From Octopus sinensis (Eukaryota): 64,000 nucleotides of DNA. Of the stretch, positions 26,176-37,955 are shown in pieces. Within the stretch, counting starts at the first letter, position 1, and each line of letters opens with the position of its first letter. Under the pieces are notes generated by a model. It had not been told where the DNA came from. It made no database searches and worked only from the letters and a program-made list of their open reading frames with translations. Location of the stretch: NCBI RefSeq assembly GCF_006345805.1, contig NC_042998.1, forward strand, positions 204,352,001-204,416,000, read 5' to 3'. The position numbers and the translations under genes were made by a program.

Positions 26176-27182
26176 GATGCAGGAGTGGCTGTGTGGTAAG
26201 TAGCTTTCTCACCAACCACATGGTTCCAGGTTCAGTCCCACTGCACGGCACCTTGGGCAAGTGTCTTCTACTATAGCCTCGGGCCAACCAAAGTCTTGTG
26301 AGTGGATTTGGTTGACAGAAACTGAAAGAAGCCCATCATATATATGCATATATATATATATCTGTAAATGTAATATGGAGGCGTGGTTTTCCACCTCGGC
26401 ATCTGAAACTCGGAGTTTTATCTTGGCTACCGAATAATTATTACATTTACAGATAAATTCCTCTATTTACATAATATCGACGTCTCTTTCTTTTGTTATC
26501 TTATCGTTTTTATCAATATATATAAATGGCCCTAACCTTCAGGCTGAAACAATTTTAAGGATTTAAGGAGATATATATATATATTGCTTTTAGTATGTGA
26601 CCTCGTGAATACCACTGGCGATTTTTTTCCTCTGTCCCCCCGTCTCGGGATCTTTCCTTCTCCTATGTTTCCGACGAAGAGCTCTGCTCGAAACGTCAAA
26701 CCCTCCTTCTTCCCTTCTTTCCTGAGCGTCCAATAATACTTTATTTGTTCCACATCCTTGCATTGTTGTCTTTTTGTTTTCTTGTTTGGATTAACTTTAT
26801 ATATATATATATACACTCTCAGAGTGGTTGGCATTAGGAAGGGCATCAGCTGTAGAAACTCTGCCAAATCAAGATTGGAGCCTGGTGCAGCGATCTGGTT
26901 CGCCAGTCCTCAGTCAAAATCGTCCAACCCATGCTAGCATGGAAAGCGGACGTTAAACAATGATGATAATGATATATATATGTGTGTGTGTGTCCCACCA
27001 TCACTTGACAACTGATGCTGGTGTGTTTACATCCCTGTAACTTAGTGGTTCAGCAAAATAGGCCGATAGAATAAGTACTAGGCTTATAATGAATAAGTCC
27101 TGGGGTTGATTTGCTCAACTAAAGACAGTGCTCCAGTATGGCCGCAGTCAAATGACGGAACCCAGTAAAAGAATAAAAGAAA
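26176..27182 (+). mobile_element. Family A SINE split by four nested inserts in its internal (TA)n
   Basis: Head at 26176-26340 and tail at 26980-27182; between them an IR insert, a ~45-bp insert, a hammerhead element and an RTE 3' UTR. Confidence 0.8.
26667..26701 (+). ncRNA. Minimal type I hammerhead motif (U4C variant) in a Penelope-like insert (26597-26800)
   Basis: GUUU-CCGACGA-A-GAGC(ucu)GCUC-GAAA-CG-UC-AAAC; canonical GUC cleavage triplet. Confidence 0.65.
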
Positions 27183-27868
27183 GACAGAATATAAGTCTGC
27201 AGAACTGCAAAACCAAGCTGAAGGTTTTTAAACTCTTGCCCCTCAGTTCCGATTAAAAGGCCTTTCATCTTCAGTTTGAATGAGCAACACACTTTCAATC
27301 ATACTCACAGCTTTGACCGCCTCGTATTTTTCTAGTCATAGCCTACCTGGGATTACATTATCCACTGTATCTTTAAAATGACAAGCTATGATTGAAGGGA
27401 AATTTGACTACAATTTCTAGCAAGAAGACCAACCCCCTAAAGGCTCCCTCATTGGTCCAGGAGACTTGGTTGTCATCAACCGTGTAATAGTTTTCGATCA
27501 ATGAAAAAGCTTCTAACGACCACCACCAAAATAATCACTTCTACATAGGTCAACCACCACCACCTATACAACCACTGTGGAATTCTTTTGTTACCAGATG
27601 GTTTCGCAAATGCTCTGCCCCATTCTCAAGTCCCTGCTGTTTCTTAATACTCACCAAACGATAATAAAGAAGATAAGCTTTGGTCTGTCACCTCTGCCTG
27701 CCTCTCTTCCATTCTCAACACCTTCTCAGATTAGATGCAGGGTATATATTACACAGGGGTGGGAGGGACCAACAACTGTATGTAGAAGGGAAATAGCAGA
27801 GCAGCTTAGATATATGCAAAGTGTATTACAAGGGGGGGATGTGTGTGTGTGTGTATGTATAATAATGT

Positions 27869-28180
27869 GGAGGCACAATGGCCCAGTGGTTAGGGCAGCA
27901 GACTTGCGGTCGTAGGATCGCGGTTTCGATTCCCAGACCGGGCGTTATGTGTGTTTATTGAGCGAAAACACCTAAAGCCCCACGCGGCTCCGGTAGGGGG
28001 TGGTGGCGATCCCTGCTGTGCTCTTTCACCGCAACTTTCTCTTACTCTTTCTTCTGTTGGCCTGCTCGCTTAGCCAGTGGGGTGGCATCATTCGAAGGCT
28101 AAAACAATGTGAAGCGCATTGTGACCAGCGATGTGTAGCAACATCTGATAGCCTGGTCGATCACATGATATAATGATAAT
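27869..28180 (+). mobile_element. tRNA-derived SINE, minor family, apparently full length
   Basis: TGGCCCAGTGGTTAGG (A box) ... GGTTTCGATTCCC (B box), unique body, tail ending in (GAT/TAA)n. Confidence 0.75.
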
Positions 28181-28474
28181 AATATAGATTATATATATAT
28201 ATGCATATATACATACGTATATGTACATACTTACATCTGTACGTGTGTGCATATATATATATATATATATATGCATATGTGGGCACAGGACATCATGAAA
28301 CGTTTACAACAAAAAAGTACGAAACAGAAGTACCTGGGACTTGAATTGTTCTTTTGAACAACGAAAGACACAAATGGAAAACAAAACAAATACAAAGAAC
28401 ACCCGTTTGTCAGTTGATGGCTGTTTCTCTAGTCTCGTATTTCGAGCATTTAACAATACATACATACACACACT

Positions 28475-28519
<45 letters not shown>

Positions 28520-28835
28520 CAAAGTAAGGAGATAAATATGAAACAAGGTGGGGGGGGGGGAAATAGTCCTGGAATACCGGAGCTAGAGTAACCTGCTTTA
28601 TTATTATGAAAGCTGTAAAAACATCACAAAAATGTGCTGCTCACATTCTCGCTTCTCAATCTAATCTGTCCAACAAACAGGAACATGGAACTCTGAGTTG
28701 GTTATATTGTTGTGATGTGTTTGCACCTTTAATGATAATAATATATATATATATATATTATTCAAAGAAATTCCAACTCTGTATTTTATGTTTTATTTAT
28801 ATTCTTTATAATATTAATGTAGAATATAGAATATA

Positions 28836-29221
28836 TCTTTATATATAAAAGAGAGGTTGTGTGTCTGTCTCCTACGATTTAGATTCCTAACTACTCACAC
28901 ATTTTGCGGTGCAGTTTAACGAAAATCGGGTATCTTATAGTCGGGATTCATATCGAGCCCTTCTGGGTATTAGCGCGCGTCTACGATGAGTCTACAATTT
29001 AAAAAAAATTTACCATCATTTTTTCCATTTTAATGCATTTTTTTTCGCTATTATATAAGGGAAGTACCTCTCTAAAAATGTCTACAATGAGTCAACGATT
29101 TTTAAAAAAATTTACCATCATTTTTTTTCCATTTTTAATGCATTTTTTTGCTATAACTCTCTAGAAATGCTATATAGTTATTTCCCTTACAAACCCGAGC
29201 AACGCCGGGCGATACTGCTAG
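28836..29221 (+). mobile_element. Non-autonomous Helitron, body type 1 (with internal duplication)
   Basis: A|TC...cccgagcaacgccggg...CTAG|T; near-identical to 10510-10897. Confidence 0.9.
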
Positions 29222-29366
29222 TAGTATATAGAATATACATAATTTACAAGATAAGGGCAGAAGAAAAATTCTAATGCCAGATACGCCGAAAACAAAAAAT
29301 TGTCGATAACCATTAAATTTATGCGTCTCGAAACAAACCGATAGAAATCTCTAAAAAATTCGTTAT

Positions 29367-29425
29367 TACCGTATTGGTCCAATTTCGGGGTTAATTCACA
29401 AGAAATTTTCCCCTCTTCAGCGGCA
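29367..29425 (-). ncRNA. Type I hammerhead ribozyme with fully canonical core
   Basis: Minus strand: UGCCG-CUGAAGA-GGGG(19 nt)CCCC-GAAA-UUG(gac)CAA-UA-CGGUA. All three stems pair and all core positions match; AUA cleavage triplet. Confidence 0.8.
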
Positions 29426-32400
29426 CATACGCGAGATATAAATGAAATACTTATTCATACCCACAGAAGAAGCAAGCACCAAGTCCCGAAAAAAATTTTA
29501 TCCTATATCAATTATTATGTATATAGAATATATACATAATATATGCCAACCACTTCAAGAGTGTAGTGGGTGCTTTTTACGTGCCACCAGAATTTGCCAA
29601 CCCAGGTGAAGCTAATCGCAGGTGTTGGTCTCGGTGGTAGTAGCAAATATTTGAATGTTGTATGGTATTTGATATACATGTATTTGTCTATGTTGATCAT
29701 TATAAACCTGTGTTCTAATAACCTAAAATATTTTGGGTGAGTCAGGTTCAGACGTCATTCTCTCCTTTTCCCCAAACACGTAATGCCCTCTGTTTCTGTA
29801 TCAGATGTGAACTTCCAAAGCATAATAACTACAACCCTTTGTATTCCTGGTATCTTGCTAGTAACCCTGATGTGTTCCCTACAGCTGTACATTGACCCAC
29901 CCCACTTCCCAAGAAGCGTAATCTTATTCTGCCCAGGCCAGCCACACCAATTCCAACCTAGAATCATGCCACCAAAAGACTGGTTGTGTGTGTAAAAACA
30001 AACTTGTGTTCAATGGTATTTTTATCATCGTTTTTGAATTAGTCAAGTCAGTTCTTTCAAGCTTCTCAGTAAAAAAAATGCCTTATCTGTGAAAGTTTAG
30101 AATTATCTCTGGGTCTGCTGCTGCTGCTGTCCAAGAGAATTGGTAACAGTGGGTGGTGGTGTTTGTTTGTTTGTTTGTTTTTCTTTGGACAGAATGTTGT
30201 GCATTTTGTAACAGATTCTTAGTCTTGGTGGGACAACAGAAACTCTGCTAGTCCCCCCCCTATCGGCTACCCCACCCCAAACCTGGCTCTGATAAGCCCT
30301 CTGCCCACTTCTTCCAAACTCTGGCATTCTCTACTCCTCATACCATTCCTTCCAATTCTATAACTGCTCTGTTTGTTGGCTGTTTTTTTTTTTCATTTCT
30401 TATTAATTTACTTGTTTTGTTTTGCTTTTTAAAAGGTTTTTTTCTTCTTCCTTTTCTAATCTACTTCATCAATGTTTACCATTCCTCACTTCAGTGAGAT
30501 TCTTCACAGCCTCCAGCAGAAGAAATTTAGTTTCTATTTCACTTTATTTCGTTTCCATCCAAAAGTGTTTTAAAATTTAAACTATTTTTTTCCTTCTCAA
30601 ACTCAAACAAACCTAATTTACGGCTGAAAAGCAGGACATTCCTCTCTGTTTTTAACCGTTTTAGTTTTTTTACCCACAACACAAAGAAAACAAAGAAAGC
30701 AGAAAAACAACATAAAGGCAAATCGGTCGATACAAATTTGTAATTGTCATCAGCCAGTGGTAGTAATACAGGAAGAAGAAGTAGAAGAAGAAGAAGTGGC
30801 GGTGGTGGCGGTGGTGGTGGTGGTGGTGGTGGTGGTGGCGGCTGCTGCTGCTGGTAAGGATGGTGAAAACACTCATGCCTGTCCATGCTGCAGGCATTTA
30901 ATTGGCGCAGGAGGCCTTGCGTCACGCAACTGGTGTTTAGCAACACAAACACACACTCACCAAACAGGATCAGGAAGTCTTTCACTGTCCGTGCTTTCTA
31001 GCTTTTTCTTCATCAAACGAGGATTTACACACACACACACACACACACACATGTATACAGCAACAAACACAAACAAACAAACACACACACACAGCATCCT
31101 ATGTCATCACCGAGTGTTTTGTAAGTTCATTTAGAATATGTTTATTGTTTTTTTCTTTTTCACTTGTTGTTTGTTATTTTTGTTTTAGTGACTTGTAACA
31201 ATTCCTTACCAAACTTTTGTCTCCGTTCCGCTGCAAGTGGCATCGTTTTGTACCTTCTGCTAGTTGGGGGGTCGGGGGTTTGAAGGTGTCTATTTCAAGA
31301 GTTCAAAGAATTTCTTCCAAGATTTTTAAAGTTTTAGAGTCAAATGAGATCTCAACTCTTATTCTGAAAGGAAACTCTAAACGTTAATGACAATCGCGGT
31401 TGCTTTCATTTGCCCACCAGGGCAGCACACGGCGAAGAGACAAATGCAAAAACAGACGTGGAGAGTGAGGCCCGGGGGGTGGGGAGGTTAAAGGTAAAGA
31501 AATGGTGAAAACAAAGCAAATATAGAAAGTATACAAAGAAGGAGGGAGAAAAGGGTGAGAGTGATGTAGTCCTTTTTAGGGAGAATTCAGGAACTCCCAC
31601 CCTCCAAGATCTCACTCAATACCAACAGCAAGTGTTCTTCTCTCCAACAGACGACAGGGTTACTCTTAGAAATAATAATTGTGGTAATGAACTTTGAAAA
31701 ATACCTTAGGAATGAGAACCCAGGTTTGAAATTCCCCCAAGACACCTGATGAAGGCTGGAGGGGGGGATATCAGCCAAAACATTGTGTTAACAACAAACA
31801 AGATGAGGGGCAAATATCTGTCAAATGGAAATAAGGTAAATAATGTAATGAACTCTTGTTCTTAATGAATTATTTCTAACTTTGGCATAAAGATAGCTAT
31901 ATTAGTGGTGGTGGTTTTAGTTCATTCGGTTAATTAAGGCCTGGATTAATTCTTAGATGGTACCACCAAATTCGAAAGGTGAAAACGATGTTGCTTGCTT
32001 TACTGTTTCTAGTTTAGGATAACGTAACTTCATTAGTTTGTTGTTATCATCATTATTATTGTTGTTGTTATTGTTATTGAGCTGGCAGAATGGTTAGCAT
32101 GATGGGCAAAATGCTTGGCGGCATTTTGTCCGTCTTTAGATTCAGAATTCAAATTCCTGCAAGGTTGACTTTGCCTTTCATCCTTTCGGGGTCAATAAAA
32201 TAAGTACCAGTTAAACACTGGGGTTGATGTAATCAACTCACCCCCTTCCCGAAATTGCTGGCCTTGTACCAAAATTTGAAATCATTATTACTAATATTGT
32301 TATTATTATCGTCATCATTATTATTATTATTATTATTATTATAGCATTTTGTTCATGTTCTGAGTTCAAATTCCACAAAGGTCAACTTCACTCTTTGTTC

Positions 32401-32659
32401 CTTTGGGGATTCATTAAAAAAGCACTAATTGAGCTTTGAGGCTGAACTAATCATCCAATAAACCCCCACCCCCACCCCAAAAAAAGAAATTCAGACCTTG
32501 TGCTTATAGTAGAAAGGATTATTATTATTATTAGTAGTAGTAGTATTTGTGTATTTGCTAAGTGCCACTAGTAAAGATAATGCTTTCAGTTTTTCTCGGA
32601 ATTATATAAGAATTAGTCTACACTCCCTTTTTAATATTCAATCTCTTTCGTTATAACTA

Positions 32660-32718
32660 TGTTTGTGTGTGTGTATGTGTGTATGTATGTGTATATATAT
32701 ATATATATACACATACAT

Positions 32719-32800
<82 letters not shown>

Positions 32801-32801
32801 G

Positions 32802-32832
<31 letters not shown>

Positions 32833-32833
32833 G

Positions 32834-32904
<71 letters not shown>

Positions 32905-33049
32905 GTATATATATATATATATATGTATGTATGTGTATATATATATATATATAGTATGTATGTGTATATATATATATATATGTATGTAGTGTATATATAT
33001 ATATATATATGTATGTATGTGTATATATATATATATATGTATGTATATG

Positions 33050-33081
<32 letters not shown>

Positions 33082-33100
33082 TATATGTATGTATATGTAA
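32660..33100. repeat. Compound (TA)n/(TATG)n microsatellite
   Basis: Seen directly. Confidence 0.95.
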
Positions 33101-33442
33101 GTATAATAAAATGAAAAGATGAACAGGAAGTTGTAAGACATCAAGTCATTTATAACATATTTCTACAGAAGTGACTACAATAGGTTGGTGTGTCTCAGGC
33201 ATCTATCTATCTATCTTTCTATTTATCTATCTATATATCTTTCTATCTATCTATCTTTCTAGGTTTGTATCCATAAACCTTTTCTATATCCTTAATCTCT
33301 TCCACCCATGAACCTTTAAAACTTTTAAATCCATAAATCTATCACCTTGCACCTCCTTTTTACTCTTCTACTTTTTTATTTTAATTTCTTTTGTTCCACC
33401 CTCCCCCTTCTCACACTCTTACCCTGTTATCTTACTCTGCAG

Positions 33443-33525
33443 AAGTGACCATTAGAATACGTAAATTTAGCGAAATGCCAAGAGAATCTGGAGAGCACAA
33501 GGTTTTAGTGATTCCTCATAGACAG
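33443..33525 (+). CDS. Candidate exon (acceptor before 33443; ATG 33475: MPRESGEHKVLVIPHRQ; phase-0 donor)
   Basis: Long pyrimidine tract ending cttactctgcag|, frame open across the whole exon, donor CAG|GTACAA at a codon boundary. Confidence 0.4.
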
Positions 33526-33710
33526 GTACAAATGTGTGTGTGTATAAGTTCTAGGCCCTCTCTAACGTCAACTTTGCTGATATTTCGATAAAGAAGTTTT
33601 CTCTGCTTCTTTGAAGTAGAAAAATATAAACTGTCTGTTTTTGTGAACCTAATTATTAATTTGTGAAAACTCAAAAATAAAAAATCTCATCTATAGTATT
33701 TATAGTAATA

Positions 33711-33941
33711 AGGGCAGCGAGCTGGCGGAAACGTTAGCACGCCGGGCGAAATGCTTAGCGGTATTTCGTCTGCTGCTACGTTCTGAGTTCAAATTCTGCC
33801 AAGGTCGACTTTGCCTTTCATCCTTTCGGGGTCAATTAAATAAGTACCAGTTATGCACTGGGGTCAATATGATTGACTTAATCTGTTTGTCCTTGTTTGT
33901 CCTCTCTGTGTTTATCCCCCTGTGGGTAGTAAAAGAAATAA
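33711..33941 (+). mobile_element. Family B SINE with TSD agtatttatagtaa
   Basis: Colinear with 7536-7770; 14-bp direct repeat on both flanks. Confidence 0.9.
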
Positions 33942-34418
33942 GTATTTATAGTAAAAACCTAAAAAAAAAAAAGCAGTAAAACACATTTTAGTTGAACAAA
34001 ATCTGTATAAAGCAAAATTCCCTTTTTATAAATTTACAGATTTCAGGGCAAGATGAACTCTAGCTGGTCTTGTTTTGATTTTTAAATTTTCTTCCCTGTT
34101 TTAAAGAGTTTTGCTCTTCTCTTTCTGTATATCCATTGTAAAGTGATCCCAGGGACCTTACAAACTTTGACATGGGTTGCTGGGTCCTTCAAACTAAAGC
34201 GTTAGTCTTTTACCTCTCTTTTAATATCAGGTTTAAAAAGAAAACCTTTGATAGAAAAAGTTTAAGGTTAGCCCTGGGACTTGAACTCACATCTCCTGTA
34301 GACATGATAGGTGATCTACAACTGTACCAAAGCAATCATCTGAATTTTTTCTCCCCATTTTAGAAATTTCATTTCTTATCATTAAGGATTGTGTTGTTAA
34401 CATGATAAAAATTTTCAA

Positions 34419-35340
34419 ACCCCAATGCGCAACTGGTACTTAGTTTATCGACCCCAAAAGGATGAAAGGCAAAGTGAGCCTTGGCCAATTGGAACTCAGG
34501 ACGAAACGCTGCCAAGTATTTTGCCCAGAATGCTAACCACCTTAATAATAATAATAATCCTTTCTACTATAGGCATGAGGCCTGAAATTTGAGAGGAAGG
34601 GACTAGTCGATTACATCGACCCCATTGCGTAACTGGTACTTATTTCATCAACCCTGAAAGGATGAAAGGCAAAGTGAGCCTTGGCCAATTGGAACTCAGG
34701 ACGAAACGCTGCCAAGTATTTTGCCCAGAATGCTAACCACCTTAATAATAATAATAATCCTTTCTACTATAGGCATGAGGCCTGAAATTGAGAGGAAGGG
34801 ACTAGTCGATTACATCGACCCCAGTGCATAACTGGTGCTTAATTTATCGACCCCGAAAGGATGAAAGGCAAAGTGAGCCTTGGCCAATTGGAACTCAGGA
34901 CGAAACGCTGCCAAGTATTTTGCCCAGAATGCTAACCACCTTAATAATAATAATAATCCTTTCTACTATAGGCATGAGGCCTGAAATTTGAGAGGAAGGG
35001 ACTAGTCGATTACATCGACCCCATTGCGTAACTGGTACTTATTTCATCAACCCTGAAAGGATGAAAGGCAAAGTCGACCTCAGTGGAATTTGAACTCGGA
35101 ACGTAGCAGCAGACGAAATACCTATTTCTTTATTGCCCACAGGGGGATCAACACAGAGGGGACAAACAAGGACAGATGAACGGGTTAAGTCGATTACATC
35201 GACCCCAGTGCATAACTGGTGCTTAATTTATCGACCCCGAAAGGATGAAAGGCAAAGTTGACCTCGGCGGAATTTGAACTCAGAACCGCTAAGCATTTCA
35301 CCCAATGTGCTAACAATTCTGCCAGCTTGCCATCTTAATG
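34419..35340 (-). repeat. Tandem array of ~200-bp family B SINE-derived units followed by nested SINE B copies
   Basis: gatgaaaggcaaagt recurs at 34461, 34661, 34860, 35060 and ~35244. Confidence 0.9.
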
Positions 35341-35754
35341 GTAATACTACTAATAATAATGATAATAGGATTTGAACTCAGCAATTAAAGAGTTTCAATA
35401 ATGATGATGATGATGATGATGGTTGGGTGTTATTATTAGTTGAGGCTGTATTTGATGTTGTTGCTGTGATTCTCTGTGACTTAGCCCTGTGTTTCTGTCG
35501 TTGCATTTCAGTGCTGTGTAGACCCAGCAGATTCCTCCTCCTCCTGTTTCCTTCAGTGATATTCATTAACAAAATGTTCCTAGGAAAATAGATTTTAATG
35601 AATCAAGTTTGGAAAAAAGACAAACAAAAACTATTTCTCGTCACTAATTGAAAAAGAAAAAAAATATTTTAAAAAAACAACAAAAAGACAATTTAAATCA
35701 TCAGTGAAGTGAACTTAATCTTCATGGTTGAATTACGCTTAAACCATTCAACAG

Positions 35755-35879
35755 AGCCATCAGGCCAACCCATCGTGCTCAATCGACCACGAACAGATAA
35801 AATGGCATCCAAATCAGGCCAAGACAAGTTGGTGCGCAAAGCACGGCACCACAAACGGGTTCAAAGAAGTTTCTCTGAT
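35755..35879 (+). CDS. Candidate exon (acceptor before 35755; ATG 35802: MASKSGQDKLVRKARHHKRVQRSFSD; phase-0 donor)
   Basis: GC-richer, CpG-containing island in AT-rich DNA; ttcaacag| acceptor; aaaATGG context; open frame; donor GAT|GTAAGC at a codon boundary followed by T-rich intron-like sequence. Confidence 0.6.
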
Positions 35880-36086
35880 GTAAGCTACAGGTTTTTATTT
35901 TTGCCTTTGTTTTTGTTTTTGTTTTTTTTTTTATTTTGCATGGACTTTTTTTTTTGTCTCAGTTTATAATTTCTGTCTCGGCCTTAAGCAAGATTTTCTG
36001 TGCATGAGATGTAATTGTGGTTTTTGAGGTCTCTAGATTTCTTAGCAAATAACTTTATAATCACATAATAGGTGCATAATAGGCTA

Positions 36087-37255
36087 CATGGTTAACAAGT
36101 TCACTTCCTGATCACATGGTTAACAAGTTCACTTCCTGATCACATGGTTAACAAGTTCACTTCCTGATCACATGGTTAACAAGTTCACTTCCTGATCACA
36201 TGGTTAACAAGTTCACTTCCTGATCACATGGTTAACAAGTTCACTTCCTGATCACATGGTTAACAAGTTCACTTCCTGATCACATGGTTAACAAGTTCAC
36301 TTCCTGATCACATGGTTAACAAGTTCACTTCCTGATCACATGGTTAACAAGTTCACTTCCTGATCACATGGTTAACAAGTTCACTCCTGATCACATGGTT
36401 AACAAGTCACTTCCTGATACATGGTTAACAAGTTCACTTCCTGATCACATGGTTAACAAGTTCACTTCCTGATCACATGGTTAACAAGTTCACTTCCTGA
36501 TCACATGGTTAACAAGTTCACTTCCTGATCACATGGTTAACAAGTTCACTTCCTGATCACATGGTTAACAAGTTCACTTCCTGATCACATGGTTAACAAG
36601 TTCACTTCCTGATCACATGGTTCACTTGATCACATGGTTAAAAGTTCACTTCCTGATCACATGGTTAACAAGTTCACTTTACATGTTATCATCCTGACAT
36701 GGTTAACAAGTTCACTTCCTGATCACATGGTTAACAAGTTCACTTCCTGATCACATGGTTAACAAGTTCACTTCTGATCCATGGTTAAAAAGTTCACTTC
36801 TGATCACATGGTTAACAAGTTCACTCCTGATCACATGGTTAACAAGTTCACTTCCTGATCACATGGTTAACAAGTTCTGATCTTCACTCTGATCACATGG
36901 TTCCAACAGTTCACTTCCTGATCACATGGTTAACAAGTTCACTCCTGATCACATGGTTAACAAGTTCACTTCCTGATCACATGGTTAACAAGTTCACTTC
37001 CTGATCCATGGTAAAAAGTTCACTTCCTTCACATGGTTAACAAGTTCACTTCCTGATCACATGGTTAACAAGTTCACTTCCGATCACATGGTTAACAAGT
37101 TCACTTCCTGATCACATGGTTAACAAGTTCACTTCCTGATCACATGGTTAACACAGTTCACTTCTGATCACATGGTAACAAGTTCATTCCTGATCACATG
37201 GTTAACAAGTCATCCTGATCACATGGTTAACAAGTTCACTTCCTGATCACATGGT
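36087..37255 (+). repeat. 28-bp minisatellite (CATGGTTAACAAGTTCACTTCCTGATCA) x ~41, inside a family A SINE head
   Basis: Exact 28-bp period in the first ~10 units, small indels later; flanks ggtgcataataggcta and ttcaaatctactgcacagcccctttggcaaagtg align to the SINE A head. Confidence 0.95.
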
Positions 37256-37324
37256 TTCACTTTCAAATCTACTGCACAGCCCCTTTGGCAAAGTGCATCA
37301 TTCTGCTATGGCCCTGGCTCTAGC

Positions 37325-37356
<32 letters not shown>

Positions 37357-37738
37357 CACCCCTGTGTTCACTGGTTTGTAAATCTTGGCTTCCTCACATA
37401 TCTTCACCTGCTCTGTGATCTTTGTAAACAAAAGGCTCTTTAAATGGTGTTGTTTGTCTCCAGTTCCCAGCATAAAAATATATGTCCAGGCTGTTAACTT
37501 TTCAATACATTGGGGGAATATCATCTCACTTGGAAACATGTAGAAGATGGCAACAACACCTGCATCTGGTTTCAGAAATACTTTGCCTCAATTGAGCCCT
37601 AGGGTGGGGGTTGATGTGATTGGCTCACCCCCACCTCCAAAATTGTTGGTCTTGTGTCAAAATTTGAAACCAATATCAAAGGCTATTGGTTTTGTATTTC
37701 TCAAAAGAGCTTCAAAAATGATTCCAAATAATCTGATT

Positions 37739-37955
37739 TGGATGCCCTTCCTAATGCCAACCACTCCAAGAGTGTAATGGGTAAAAAGCACCCACTACAC
37801 TCTTGGAGTGGTTGGCATTAGGAAGGGCATCCAGCTATAGAAACATTGCCAGATCAGATTGGAGCTTGGTGTTGCCGCTGGCTCTCCAGATCTCAATCAA
37901 ACTGTCCAACCCATGCCAGCATGGAAAACAGACTTTAAACGATGATGATGATGAT
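37739..37955 (+). mobile_element. RTE 3' UTR fragment with a 5' fold-back hairpin
   Basis: 37739-37782 is the reverse complement of 37790-37833 (44 bp, 1 mismatch); the element then continues to the (GAT)n tail. Confidence 0.85.

Noticed and set aside
27869-27945. tRNA gene
   Set aside because: A/B boxes are present, but it continues into a SINE body and I cannot form a proper cloverleaf acceptor stem; it is a SINE head.
30757-31134. ORF with poly-E/poly-V/poly-A
   Set aside because: No ATG in the 5' part and built from trinucleotide repeats; more likely UTR or promoter-proximal sequence.
36087-37255. 28-bp repeat as CRISPR direct repeats
   Set aside because: Units are head-to-tail with no unique spacers and derive from a SINE head.
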